A stretch of DNA of 64,000 nucleotides from a virus. The stretch's first letter is position 1; each line of letters begins with the position of its first letter. The stretch covers positions 25,971 through 89,970 of IMG/VR virus record IMGVR_UViG_3300014913_000009; one strand, given 5' to 3'. Both the position numbers and the translations under genes were made by a program. Under the pieces are notes generated by a model that saw only the letters and a list, made by a program, of their open reading frames with translations, was not told the origin of the DNA and searched no databases. Shown here piece by piece: positions 19,380-29,543 of this stretch.

Positions 19380-20213
19380 ATGGCAGTTAAAACACCTTAT
19401 GGTTATGGTCGTCAATCCAAGGACATCTTAGAACTTTCTGAGGGCGTATCGCCAACAGGTAGTATCAGACTTGCTCCGTGGATTCCCATAACAGAAAGAA
19501 ATCAAGCGTCAGAATTTGATATCGCCATCAAAGCAGGCAATGTAATCGCCATCGAATACATTACTACGGCTGTCGGCAGTATCGCGACTGGCCCATATTA
19601 TGTTCCGGCAAACGGTGGTAAGGCGACAACTTTAGCCTATACATCACTCGATGTTGGATTAACCCTTAACAAAAATACTGGAGCGGTTGTAACAGCAGCA
19701 GAAGTTGCCGCAGCCTCTACAGCTACACATCCTGCAAATAATCCCGTAGGATACAACTTCTTCGACTTTTATCATGATCAGGAAAATGCATACAACAATA
19801 TGCAGATTCAGACTTATGAAAAGGCGATTGTAACACGCTACTTTATCGAAGTCCCTGTCAAATACGAATATCAGCTGGGTTCTCCAGGCGAATTGATTAT
19901 GGCAGATTGGGCTGTACCAGGCTCATGGCGACCGGTGGATGCAAACTATCATACGACTGTTGGCTCCTTCACTCGCTATACTGCTGGCTCCGGAGTTGTA
20001 ACTGTAGATGAGCAGACAAACAAAGAGACTCAAATCATTGGACGTCTGTTATTTGTTCAGCCAATTACTGATATTGACAATCTAAGTATGGTAACAACTA
20101 TGCCTGGTCTGTCTTTGACTGGTAGTGGCTCAAACGGCGTACCTACTCACTTGCGGAATGCGGCGACAATTTCCGGTGTTGAGTATCGGGCGCGAATTTT
20201 AGTAAACGCATAA
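19380..20213 (+). CDS. Head decoration / minor capsid protein
   Basis: Position between scaffold and capsid gene; Thr/Ala/Gly-rich beta-type sequence. Confidence 0.6.
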   Translation: MAVKTPYGYGRQSKDILELSEGVSPTGSIRLAPWIPITERNQASEFDIAIKAGNVIAIEYITTAVGSIATGPYYVPANGGKATTLAYTSLDVGLTLNKNTGAVVTAAEVAAASTATHPANNPVGYNFFDFYHDQENAYNNMQIQTYEKAIVTRYFIEVPVKYEYQLGSPGELIMADWAVPGSWRPVDANYHTTVGSFTRYTAGSGVVTVDEQTNKETQIIGRLLFVQPITDIDNLSMVTTMPGLSLTGSGSNGVPTHLRNAATISGVEYRARILVNA

Positions 20214-20230
20214 TTAGGAGCTTAAATTAA

Positions 20231-21631
20231 ATGAACGAACAAGCAAAAATAAACGAGTTCACCCAGCTCTTTAGCACCATGATGGAAACGAAAGTCGCGG
20301 ACGTCATGAGTGAAATGGGTTACAAGCCAGGTGAGGTTCCTAATAGGAAAACATCGCCGGAAATCGCCCTTTTCAATAAGCGCGATAATGCAGTCAACCA
20401 GATTGCACGCGTCTGGACAAATGATGGGATTGACCCAAAAACTGGTGTTAATTTTAATTTCGAAGATATGCTCAGAGTTGTTAAAACTCAAGAGAGAAAA
20501 CTCGTATCGGAATACCAGAAGACTGTCGGTGAAGATGCTGCGGCATCTCCCGACATCATGCTCATCATGCCAAAAGTGGTAAGTAAGATTATACGTGAGC
20601 CAATTCATTATACGGAAAATCTGACGCCATTGCTTCGGAAAGTACGTGTAAAAGGTGGGCAAATCAACATATCTTATCCCGCAGTTGGAGCGATGGGTGG
20701 ACAGCCGTTGGATATGGCGGAAGGACAGGAATACCCGGAAGGTACTCTCGACATGGCTGGATTAAGCAATGTCAAGATAGGAAAATCCGGTATTGCCGTT
20801 CGCTGGACACAGGAAATGCAGCGCTACTCACAGTTTGACTTTATGGCCATGCTGTTGCGTGAAGCTGCACGAGCACTCGCTCGGTGGAAAGACAAGAAAA
20901 TTGCTGACCACATCCTTGCACTCGGTGTAACTGCATTTGACAACGATGTAGGTGGAATTGATGGTACGACCGGACGCGATATCGCTGGAGATTATAATGG
21001 CACATTAGCTGTTGACGATCTCTTTGTCGCTTATGCTGACATGGTAAATCAGGGATTCACACCAGACACATTGCTCGTCAATCCTCTTGCATGGCTTATC
21101 TTTGCAAGAGATCCGCAGATGCGTCATCTGGCATATTGGGATGGCGGAGCTTACTTCGGCACATCGCAGGGCAAACTTCCGTATGCTGGTGAATTTGAAA
21201 CCGGCACAGGAGGCGCTCAAGGTGCATGGAATGGTAGTCTCGGAATGGGTGGCGAATCCGCCATCGCCGGAATGTATCATCCTGTATATAAGAGTTTCCC
21301 TGTCCCGTTGAAAATTGTTGTTAGCCCTTCTCTCCCCGTGACTGCTGCATCTGGTAGCACTCCGGCGAAAACAACTATGGTTATGTGCGACTCAAAAGAA
21401 TTGGGCGTACTCTTTGTTGATGAAGAGCCAACAAGCGACCAGTGGGATGATCCTTCTCGGGACATCTATAAAGTCAAGATTCGGGAACGCTATGCAATTG
21501 GCATCCTAAATGCAGGGCAAGCAGTAAGATCGTTTAAAAACGTGAATATTGCGAAGTCTTATGATTACGATGAACGTATCACGTGGGACGCTGCAACAGC
21601 CTCACTGCCGTCAGGTGGATACACCCCGTAG
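20231..21631 (+). CDS. Major capsid protein (HK97 fold)
   Basis: MAEGQEYPE, KIGKSGIAVRWTQEM, PDTLLVNPLAW, VKIRERYAIGIL; strong SD; followed by terminator. Confidence 0.9.
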   Translation: MNEQAKINEFTQLFSTMMETKVADVMSEMGYKPGEVPNRKTSPEIALFNKRDNAVNQIARVWTNDGIDPKTGVNFNFEDMLRVVKTQERKLVSEYQKTVGEDAAASPDIMLIMPKVVSKIIREPIHYTENLTPLLRKVRVKGGQINISYPAVGAMGGQPLDMAEGQEYPEGTLDMAGLSNVKIGKSGIAVRWTQEMQRYSQFDFMAMLLREAARALARWKDKKIADHILALGVTAFDNDVGGIDGTTGRDIAGDYNGTLAVDDLFVAYADMVNQGFTPDTLLVNPLAWLIFARDPQMRHLAYWDGGAYFGTSQGKLPYAGEFETGTGGAQGAWNGSLGMGGESAIAGMYHPVYKSFPVPLKIVVSPSLPVTAASGSTPAKTTMVMCDSKELGVLFVDEEPTSDQWDDPSRDIYKVKIRERYAIGILNAGQAVRSFKNVNIAKSYDYDERITWDAATASLPSGGYTP

Positions 21632-21662
21632 TTTTTGGACAGGTAGAAGTGAAAAAATAACG

Positions 21663-21702
21663 AAAGGTCTGTCTGGGCCGACCTGGACAGACCTTTTCTT
21701 TT
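21663..21702 (+). terminator. Intrinsic terminator after the capsid gene
   Basis: AAAGGTCTGTC ... GACAGACCTTT hairpin followed by TCTTTT. Confidence 0.85.
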
Positions 21703-21729
21703 ATATCGTTTTTACAAAGGAAAATAATT

Positions 21730-22029
21730 ATGAAAAAAGATCTACTTGACGACGCGCTAAAAAACCTCAGAAATACAGACTCCAACAACATTCGCAAAAT
21801 TAATACCCGTCCCGATATCGAAGAAAGGGAAGGTAGAATTAATAAGGCTATAAATAAGTCTATCAGGACATCGAAAAAGCCATGGGAGATTTCAGATAAA
21901 AGTCTGGCTCAGTATATTGGAGAAATTGAAGACGAGAGTACTGACGATGAAGTTGATGTCGAATCATATAATAAGAAGGTGAATACAATAACAGACCATA
22001 ATAAAATCGCCAAACTTTTAGGATTCTAA
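21730..22029 (+). CDS. Small hypothetical head-associated protein
   Basis: AAGG SD; C-terminus IAKLLGF resembles the scaffold C-terminus. Confidence 0.55.
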   Translation: MKKDLLDDALKNLRNTDSNNIRKINTRPDIEEREGRINKAINKSIRTSKKPWEISDKSLAQYIGEIEDESTDDEVDVESYNKKVNTITDHNKIAKLLGF

Positions 22030-22032
22030 TAT

Positions 22033-23535
22033 ATGGTAGCCCCAATACTCCTTACAAGCACTCCGGCAAATGGCGCTGATGCCGTTCCAACAAATCTTGA
22101 ATTACAATTAGAATTCAATACGCCAATTGACCCAACAACAGTTGACGGCGCAATTCAAGTTAAGGATGTCGAAACTGGCGTAATATATAATGTTGATTTT
22201 GATGTAACTTCAAATGTTATAACAATATATACTGGTAGGACTTTAGAGGATTATACCCGATTTGAAATACGGGTATATGGAAATGATTTATCGTCAATAG
22301 TTGATCCAATCAAATCTGCCGATGGAGATCCATTGGCTGCAAGTTTTTGGATATCATTCATGACATCTAAGCCCGTCAGCACGGGAGTAAGTTCGGACGA
22401 CGATTCGTATTACGAAACCTCAATTGATGGTTCTGGAAGCGTTGTCGTTGAATCTTTTGATAAATTCGCATTTACCAGCAGTTTTCCAGACGACGAAACC
22501 TTATATTTGGACCCAGGATATTTTAATGCTGATAGCTCTGGCAATCCAAACAATCCAATAACAATAACATTTAATCTCGATGTCGATCCTGTCAGCACTT
22601 CCGGCAACATAACAATCCAACAGCGAGCATTTGTTGATACAAGATTCGCCGTACCATCACTCCCCGAAATAGAGGGGTTGTTCGATACGGGATTTAGTTC
22701 GCCTTCAGGCAATGTATATTGCCCTACGCAGAAATCGGATTATGAATACCCCGATTTCTCGGTATCTGTTTCTAACGGCGTGCTTTCGCTCACAATAGAC
22801 AATGAGGACGGGCTTCGATGGAATTCACAAATAAGGATTCATGTCTCGTCCGACCTTCTTTCAACAGAGGCAACTGGAGGGCAGGCATTAGGTACTCCCG
22901 TCGATATATTATTTACGACCGGTATGTATCCATGGTTTGCTGAGATAGAGCAATTAAGACTCGAACTAGGCACAGAGAATACAGAGTATTCAGACTTTCT
23001 GTTGGCTCGATTTATTTTAAGAGCATCTATCAGAGCGTGGAGATTGTCATGTTTCACATTTGATTTATGCAATCCTCCGTATTTTGTCAATGATTATGTT
23101 TTGAACAGAGCCATATATGACATATATACTGGACCAAAGGGCATCGCGAAATCAACTGGCAAATCAAAATCATTAGGAGACTTCTCGGTAAGATACGGAT
23201 CGTCCGACACTGGGATAGCATTTAAGCAAAAACTCAACGACTTAACAAAGATCGTCAAAGAATTCGAAATGTGGCTTAAATGGAGATGCTCCGGTCAAGG
23301 TGGGTATGGTGGTATGGCAACGGCCGTCAGAGGTGGAAGTAGAAGTGATTATCCTATCAAAAGATTCAGAGAAAGACATTGGCATAGGGAGTCACATGGA
23401 GATGCCTCCTATCATGGGCTTGAAAATACAGCATCGGATCGCGCATTTAAATTGCCGCGAATTAATGAAGAATACTTGCCAGTATATAGTAGGTGGGGAT
23501 ACTCCTCGTATTATGCTTGGCGCAATGGAGAATAA
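22033..23535 (+). CDS. Head-tail adaptor-like protein with N-terminal Ig-like (Big_5/SbsA-type) domains
   Basis: TSTPANGADAVPTNLELQLEFNTPIDPTT Ig start; second repeat ITITFNLDVDP; C-terminal KSKSLGDFSVRY connector-like motif. Confidence 0.65.
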   Translation: MVAPILLTSTPANGADAVPTNLELQLEFNTPIDPTTVDGAIQVKDVETGVIYNVDFDVTSNVITIYTGRTLEDYTRFEIRVYGNDLSSIVDPIKSADGDPLAASFWISFMTSKPVSTGVSSDDDSYYETSIDGSGSVVVESFDKFAFTSSFPDDETLYLDPGYFNADSSGNPNNPITITFNLDVDPVSTSGNITIQQRAFVDTRFAVPSLPEIEGLFDTGFSSPSGNVYCPTQKSDYEYPDFSVSVSNGVLSLTIDNEDGLRWNSQIRIHVSSDLLSTEATGGQALGTPVDILFTTGMYPWFAEIEQLRLELGTENTEYSDFLLARFILRASIRAWRLSCFTFDLCNPPYFVNDYVLNRAIYDIYTGPKGIAKSTGKSKSLGDFSVRYGSSDTGIAFKQKLNDLTKIVKEFEMWLKWRCSGQGGYGGMATAVRGGSRSDYPIKRFRERHWHRESHGDASYHGLENTASDRAFKLPRINEEYLPVYSRWGYSSYYAWRNGE

Positions 23536-23538
23536 CAA

Positions 23539-23889
23539 ATGAAAAAAAGATGGAAAATGGCAAAGGAATATCGAACGTCCGACATTAAATTGGCGTCATA
23601 TTTACTTACAATTGGACAAACATTAATTGATTTTAATTATGCGCCGATTAATCAGAATCATAAGCATCAAAAACAAAGAACGAAAGTTTTGTTTGTTTTT
23701 GAATTAAATGACGAAATAAACGATTGTATTATCGACTATAATGCAAGGCGAGACAGAGTGAGCGCCAGCCTATTATTGGATAACTTTAACAACCTGAAGG
23801 CAATGGTGGCCAATAGTAATTACCTTACATTGGAAGAAATTACCGAATCGGTCGAAAAAGATAGCAAACAAATCGAAAATGGCGAATGA
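23539..23889 (+). CDS. DUF5659-like small phage protein
   Basis: YRTSDIKLASYLL ... KVLFVFE pattern. Confidence 0.5.
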   Translation: MKKRWKMAKEYRTSDIKLASYLLTIGQTLIDFNYAPINQNHKHQKQRTKVLFVFELNDEINDCIIDYNARRDRVSASLLLDNFNNLKAMVANSNYLTLEEITESVEKDSKQIENGE

Positions 23890-24863
23890 ATTATTTTGAT
23901 GAATTACTAACGAATGGTCCCGTTGAAAAAAACAAACGGAGAATGCCAGACTCAATGGTTCCTCTTATGCAGAGGCCATTGTTTCGCCCCAACGACTACA
24001 ATCTTACCGAAGACGATGCTCCGGCAAGATCAATGTTACCAGGATACGAAAGTATCGTCGATGCAATTGATATAATGCTTAAGCATTTACAGCATTATGT
24101 AAAGCCGTATGATACCAATCCAATGCGAGTATGGTTTCCATTTGAATATATGCCCCTTAAAGAAGGGGATAAGATATTTGACGCTCAAACACCAACAAAT
24201 GTTTATACAATAAAAGACCTTGACAATAAATATCAGGGCGTGTATAATTTAGAGGGTAATGGATCTGCACCAACAAAGCAATCCATACTTTATGTGAGTC
24301 CCGAGGATAGAATCAGATTTATGGTTGGCTATCCAGCATCAGAAGATAATGATACTTATGCCGAAACAGAAGGATGGGAATCGTTAAAAAGTGGCACTCA
24401 CAATCCTACAATTACTTACAGGTTTATTAGAGTTGAACCTGCTGGACACAAAGACTACTTTTCGGGAACCAGAGATATAGGTTCTAGATTTGTCGGGTCT
24501 TTTGAATATGAAGACGGTACAGTTGCTACCGTAAATTCGCAGAGATTTGACGTGGAACTCCAATTTTCCTGTTGGATGTCCACAAACGTTGGCGCGGTCA
24601 ATCTTACGCGATGGTTTAGGGAAGCAATGAGTATTATAATCCCCGTCCTGCGTGGGCATGGATTAGAACATGGACATTTCTACAAACAGGAACAAGATGT
24701 CCACCTCACGCGATGGCGCAATGATATTATTGCCCGAAGCATTGTCTACCGATTTAGAATCGGCGAGGCAAAAGCAATGAAGGCATATATCTTAAAGAGT
24801 CTGACGGTCAGAACGACAGTCAGCGATGACGGGGAAATAGGTATGGAAATACCGCTATATTAA
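23886..24863 (+). CDS. Neck / tail-completion protein
   Basis: Immediately upstream of sheath; ITYRFIRVEP, FDVELQFSCW, RSIVYRFR strands typical of tail terminators. Confidence 0.55.
   Translation: MNYFDELLTNGPVEKNKRRMPDSMVPLMQRPLFRPNDYNLTEDDAPARSMLPGYESIVDAIDIMLKHLQHYVKPYDTNPMRVWFPFEYMPLKEGDKIFDAQTPTNVYTIKDLDNKYQGVYNLEGNGSAPTKQSILYVSPEDRIRFMVGYPASEDNDTYAETEGWESLKSGTHNPTITYRFIRVEPAGHKDYFSGTRDIGSRFVGSFEYEDGTVATVNSQRFDVELQFSCWMSTNVGAVNLTRWFREAMSIIIPVLRGHGLEHGHFYKQEQDVHLTRWRNDIIARSIVYRFRIGEAKAMKAYILKSLTVRTTVSDDGEIGMEIPLY
24220..24248 (+). promoter_or_regulatory. Perfect sigma70 consensus promoter inside the neck gene, upstream of sheath/tube
   Basis: TTGACA (24220-24225), 17 bp, TATAAT (24243-24248). 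Confidence 0.65.
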
Positions 24864-24910
24864 TGAATAAGGTAAAACAATTACGGCAATTTAAATAAGG
24901 ACAACTTATT

Positions 24911-26365
24911 ATGACAGACGTTTTTTCAAACGTGCCGGGTGTACGCCTTACTTTCAAAGATGGTGGATTAGCAGTTAATCCTCCAGCTCCAGGAACTAAG
25001 GTTACTGTCCTGGCTGTAACAACCTCTTCCTCACTTGATGTGAATGAACCTGTTGTCACTGCTAAACAATCCGATGCACTCGCACTAAGTTATCATGCAG
25101 ATGGCAGTCCGTCAGAAATGACGCATGCTATTTCCGAAGCTTATGCTGGTGGTGCGCGAATTGTTGAATTAGTCAAAATCTGTCGGGAAGACGCTAGTGG
25201 AAATCCGCTCGCTTCTGGTGAAGTCGCTACCGAATCTGGTGGTACTTATACCAAATCTGACGATATGACAGCAGACCAAAGATATGATTTACTCGAAGAT
25301 GCTTATGCACAATTACTCGATCATGATGTTGATATTGTGGTCCCGTATAATGTATTTATTGATAATCCAGGTACTGCTTCTGGCTCATTGCCGAGGCGGG
25401 AATTTGGATGGCAATTAGCACATTTTTGCTATGAAAGCACTCGAGGGAATAATACGGCAATAGGCGTAATAGCACATAGAAGTGAATTGGAGGTCGCGGA
25501 TCAAGAGCATAGCGAAACAGTTGATGTTATGCACGGAACTCCGACTCTCGCTCAACTCAGTCGTTGGGCAACTGAACTCAAGAATCATACTTATGATTCG
25601 TGGTATGATGGCGACGGCGTAAATGGAACCGATGGAAATCATAGACCAACCAGTTATGCATATTTCTTAAATGCAAGTGATTCGACCCTCCCTGGTACGA
25701 TTTCATCTGCTGAGACAGATGCTAACGGATGGCCAATAGATCTTGGTAAATATATCAGCGTAGTTGCTGGTAATGTCAGGCATCCAAATTTCATTGCTCA
25801 AGTCAATTATCCCGAGTTTGGATATTATAATGGCAACAAAGCATGTTATTATGCGGGAATGCTCACAAGGTTACCTTCTGAGATAAGTCCAACTAATAAG
25901 GCGCTTTCTGGAATAAGTGTGGCAAGAAAATTAAGTATTACACAACTCAACAACTGTATTGGTGCTCGATATATTGTACCTCGAATCAAGGCTGGTAGGG
26001 GACTTCTTGTCGCCGATGCCATGACTGGTGCGTGGAATGTATCGCGGTACTACAGAAGTGATTATACACGTATCACAACTGTACAGATTTCACATGAAGT
26101 TGGGGATATAATTCGCAATACTATTGACCCACTTATAGGCAATCCGCCAAATCCCAACACTACGGCATCAATTCAGGCTATGCTGGACAATCTTTTGCAG
26201 GACATGATTGAGGATGGCAAGTTACTTGCCGGCTCATCTGCTGTATTTAGCCAGACTCCTGAAGAGCGTGCCCTAAACGAAGGGACTGTTAACGCATCAC
26301 TCCAAGTACCTGGAGAGTTGCGTATTGTTACTGGTGTTATTGGCTTATCGAAAGCCACAGCATAG
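24911..26365 (+). CDS. Contractile tail sheath protein
   Basis: N-terminal VPGV, YYAGML...SPTNKAL, SDYTRITTVQI, PLIGNP, C-terminal VPGELRIV. Confidence 0.88.
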   Translation: MTDVFSNVPGVRLTFKDGGLAVNPPAPGTKVTVLAVTTSSSLDVNEPVVTAKQSDALALSYHADGSPSEMTHAISEAYAGGARIVELVKICREDASGNPLASGEVATESGGTYTKSDDMTADQRYDLLEDAYAQLLDHDVDIVVPYNVFIDNPGTASGSLPRREFGWQLAHFCYESTRGNNTAIGVIAHRSELEVADQEHSETVDVMHGTPTLAQLSRWATELKNHTYDSWYDGDGVNGTDGNHRPTSYAYFLNASDSTLPGTISSAETDANGWPIDLGKYISVVAGNVRHPNFIAQVNYPEFGYYNGNKACYYAGMLTRLPSEISPTNKALSGISVARKLSITQLNNCIGARYIVPRIKAGRGLLVADAMTGAWNVSRYYRSDYTRITTVQISHEVGDIIRNTIDPLIGNPPNPNTTASIQAMLDNLLQDMIEDGKLLAGSSAVFSQTPEERALNEGTVNASLQVPGELRIVTGVIGLSKATA

Positions 26366-26378
26366 GAGGAACTAAATT

Positions 26379-27017
26379 ATGGCTATGAGCACAAATGATT
26401 ATGGTAAAACATACACATCTTTCTCCGGTGCTGACATTCTCATCTCTGTTGGTGGGAAAATTATGGGTGAATTGCAAGGAATATCCTACAGCATTACCCG
26501 TGAAAAAGCACCATTATATACACTAGGGTCACCGGACCCCCGCTCATTCTCTCGTGGCAAACGAGGAATTAGTGGAAGTTTAATTTTCTTAGTATTTAAT
26601 AAAAGTCCGCTTCCCGGAAGCATGCCAGAGGAAAGGGTTGAGTTTATAGGGGATTCAAAAGAGGGTCAAATTTCTACATCTATGTATAATAATAATCTCT
26701 TTCAAGAGCCAACTGCCCCACTACAAACCATAGCCGCAGGCACATTCGGCAGCGAAAATCCAATAAAATCATATTATGCAGATCAGATCCCCCCGTTTGA
26801 TGCCCTGATAAGAGCGTCAAATGAATATGGACATACGGCATTCATGGAAATTATTGGTATCGAAATACTTAATACCGGCTCTGGAATGTCTGTTGACGAC
26901 ATTACAATTGATGAATCTCACACTTATGTTGCGAGACGTATCAAAAAATGGTACAATCAGCAGAGGTTTGCCGGCAGCAGATGGGCCGAGGACGATTATC
27001 TTGGTGCCTCATACTAG
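26379..27017 (+). CDS. Tail tube protein
   Basis: Follows sheath; YTSFSGADI, GELQGISYSITREKAPLYTLGS, RGKRGISGSL; strong AGGAGG SD. Confidence 0.85.
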   Translation: MAMSTNDYGKTYTSFSGADILISVGGKIMGELQGISYSITREKAPLYTLGSPDPRSFSRGKRGISGSLIFLVFNKSPLPGSMPEERVEFIGDSKEGQISTSMYNNNLFQEPTAPLQTIAAGTFGSENPIKSYYADQIPPFDALIRASNEYGHTAFMEIIGIEILNTGSGMSVDDITIDESHTYVARRIKKWYNQQRFAGSRWAEDDYLGASY

Positions 27018-27064
27018 TGCATGATAAGACGAAACAATGAAAAATTTAGATGATTAAGGAAATG

Positions 27065-27098
27065 GCCTGGCAGCCGTCATGGCTGCCAGGCTCTTTTT
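27065..27098 (+). terminator. Intrinsic terminator after the tube gene
   Basis: GCCTGGCAGCC-gtcat-GGCTGCCAGGC followed by TCTTTTT. Confidence 0.88.
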
Positions 27099-27101
27099 AT
27101 T

Positions 27102-27764
27102 ATGACTACTGACCCAAAAAAAGGATTTCCCGATTATCGCTACTCTTTCACAGGAAGCGATTACCGTGTAACCTACATCTCAAAAAATACCGAAGGACTC
27201 AATCGGGTATTAACCGGATTGCAGACTCTTTCATTCTCTACCCATTCGGACTTATTCCCAGGCAGACGGCTTGGCGAAAAAGGTGTTCATGGATATGCAG
27301 TTGGCACAAAAACAGTCGCCGGAACAATGATATTCTTATTCAGAGGAAATGACCCTTTCCTTGAAGAAATTGCCATCTCTGAAAAAGAAGTAAAAGGCAA
27401 TACTCCATACGAAACAAGACCTTGTCATTTGGAGGCTATTCCTGAATTCGATCTGATTATACAGGCAACTTCAGAAGTACCCTTATATGATGCTCAGGGA
27501 AAACTCAAAATACACAATACAAAAATGTTTCTCGGCGGAATAAAATTATCCGAGACTGGCGGCACATTATCTATACATGATGTATATACAGAAATAATGT
27601 ACACATTTGTTGCAAGAGAGCAGATTCCTTTTGCATCATCCATCCCCGATGATACAATAAGTAGAATCACGCAAAATAAAAATCAGTCGTCATCTATTCA
27701 ATCTCTACTTAACCAATACAACGATCAATTAGATGAGTTTAGAATAAGAAGGGGAAAAAGTTAA
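27102..27764 (+). CDS. Tube-like baseplate/tube initiator protein 1
   Basis: YSFTGSD, LQTLSFS, GTKTVAGTMIF, FDLIIQA, YTFVAR align with the tube protein. Confidence 0.7.
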   Translation: MTTDPKKGFPDYRYSFTGSDYRVTYISKNTEGLNRVLTGLQTLSFSTHSDLFPGRRLGEKGVHGYAVGTKTVAGTMIFLFRGNDPFLEEIAISEKEVKGNTPYETRPCHLEAIPEFDLIIQATSEVPLYDAQGKLKIHNTKMFLGGIKLSETGGTLSIHDVYTEIMYTFVAREQIPFASSIPDDTISRITQNKNQSSSIQSLLNQYNDQLDEFRIRRGKS

Positions 27765-28858
27765 TGGCAATACTTAATAATAATATGCCGCATAAATATT
27801 TCTCCTCCTCTGATTGTAGAATTCTCATTACTAATGGACAAGGAAAAGAAAGTTGGATAGACGAAGCATTCTCGATAGAGTGGATTGTCAATGCGCCAAT
27901 TAATCCGTTGTATGGATATAAGGATAGAGAAATTCGGGCATGGACACCAGGGCGAAAAATAGTTCAGGGTTCACTTATAATGAATTTCAAAAGGCGGAAT
28001 AGTATTACATTGGCAATGACCAACAGTATTGAAAATCTTCTTTACAAAGACATTACGGTAAAATCTGAAAGTAAATTGCTAGAAACAGAGCAAGAGATAA
28101 AAGTAAGGCTTATTAGTTATGCCGAATTTATCAATTCCTATTTCTACAAATTGCCGACAGGGATGAGATTCCAGGATTTGGGACTTCCTTCTGTAAATCT
28201 GGAAGAACCACAGAATACACAAAGAGCCAACGCATTGGCAAATATCCCAATACAAGGAAAAGAAATCAAGATATGCAATCTTCAACATCATGCAAAAAAC
28301 TGGGAAACAGACGAAACCGTCCTACATTCACAGCAATCAAATCCACGCAGTCTTGCCGATGGGTATTCAACAAGAAGAGGTGTTTTTATAGGGGATGGTT
28401 ATAATGAATCTCTGCTCGACGAATTGGATGAATTGATTATAGAAGAACCAAAACATGATGGCAATATTATTTCTCTTAATAATAACAATCCATATAATGC
28501 AGTCGATACTGTATTGCCGAAATTCCTATCCGGATACAGAGATAGTCTTGCCCTGAAAAATGCGCAAAATCCCAATAGTCGAGAACGTCTTAAAAATATA
28601 TATTGGGGCGACGAAAGTAAGGGCGCTTATAATTTACCAGCACCTTATGATAGCGCGGAATCATTATCGCGACAAAATGATTTCGTGATACTTATTGGAC
28701 AGAAAGATCCGATTGATGATTCATTTGAAGATTTTAATCCAGTCGATAGAATACGAATAGAAGATGTTAAATTCCAAGGAGAACAACAAAGAATATCACA
28801 TGCAGAGAAGGATGTGCTTCGTGTAGCATATCCGTTTTTGGCCAAAACGGTCGATTAA
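27764..28858 (+). CDS. Tube-like baseplate/tube initiator protein 2
   Basis: YFSSSDCRI, PLYGY, GRKIVQGSLIMNF, YPFLAK align with the tube fold plus a central insertion. Confidence 0.65.
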   Translation: MAILNNNMPHKYFSSSDCRILITNGQGKESWIDEAFSIEWIVNAPINPLYGYKDREIRAWTPGRKIVQGSLIMNFKRRNSITLAMTNSIENLLYKDITVKSESKLLETEQEIKVRLISYAEFINSYFYKLPTGMRFQDLGLPSVNLEEPQNTQRANALANIPIQGKEIKICNLQHHAKNWETDETVLHSQQSNPRSLADGYSTRRGVFIGDGYNESLLDELDELIIEEPKHDGNIISLNNNNPYNAVDTVLPKFLSGYRDSLALKNAQNPNSRERLKNIYWGDESKGAYNLPAPYDSAESLSRQNDFVILIGQKDPIDDSFEDFNPVDRIRIEDVKFQGEQQRISHAEKDVLRVAYPFLAKTVD

Positions 28859-28889
28859 TATTAATACTTTTTTTAAGGATGAAAAACAC

Positions 28890-29540
28890 ATGTCAAATTT
28901 ACCTCCAGGACAATTCGAAGTACCACTTAACGAAGACGAAGTTCCATTGCAAGAAGGTGCAGATGGCTTTCCCGTTGGATTTGGACCTAACTCAGGACGA
29001 GACAATAAGTCCGAACCCAAAAAACCAACAGTACATCAAGTCCCCATGCCACCTCAAGCACAATCTCCCGAAGTATCCACATACTTCAGCCAGAATCGTC
29101 AGTTAGAAGGACAACCATCTCCTCCACCAGGATTCCATTATGACGGATTATTAAATGATATCCCATCCGAATTTCTACAAGCATTGGAAGAGAATCCCGA
29201 AGCCGATTTGGCAAACAATTCCTTATATCCGCCAGGATTAAGACAAGAAATGATTGACAAATGGAAAGAACGATTTGGCAAATCAAATGTTTATCTTGTT
29301 ACAATCGTCGATCATGTTTATGTATTTCGTGCAATTTCAAGACAAGAATGGGCCTGGATAAAACAACAGGGATTCGACCAGGAGACGTTTGAAAACCAGA
29401 TGGTTTGGACAACCCTATTATTCCCCAAGGTGAGTGCCGAAGTCATGCAAGCATGGCCAGCAGGAATTCCCAGTAGTATTACTGAATATGTGATGCGATT
29501 CTCCGGATTCTCCGCAACCGCAACGCCCATAAGACTTTGA
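28890..29540 (+). CDS. Tail assembly chaperone 1
   Basis: Position before tape measure; WKERFG..VY, VFRAISRQEW, PAGIPSSITEYVMRFSGF. Confidence 0.65.
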   Translation: MSNLPPGQFEVPLNEDEVPLQEGADGFPVGFGPNSGRDNKSEPKKPTVHQVPMPPQAQSPEVSTYFSQNRQLEGQPSPPPGFHYDGLLNDIPSEFLQALEENPEADLANNSLYPPGLRQEMIDKWKERFGKSNVYLVTIVDHVYVFRAISRQEWAWIKQQGFDQETFENQMVWTTLLFPKVSAEVMQAWPAGIPSSITEYVMRFSGFSATATPIRL

Positions 29541-29543
29541 GCC

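Noticed and set aside
11038-21631. Inteins or introns in terminase, portal or capsid genes
   Set aside because: Motifs are contiguous with normal spacing; no intein termini or homing endonuclease seen
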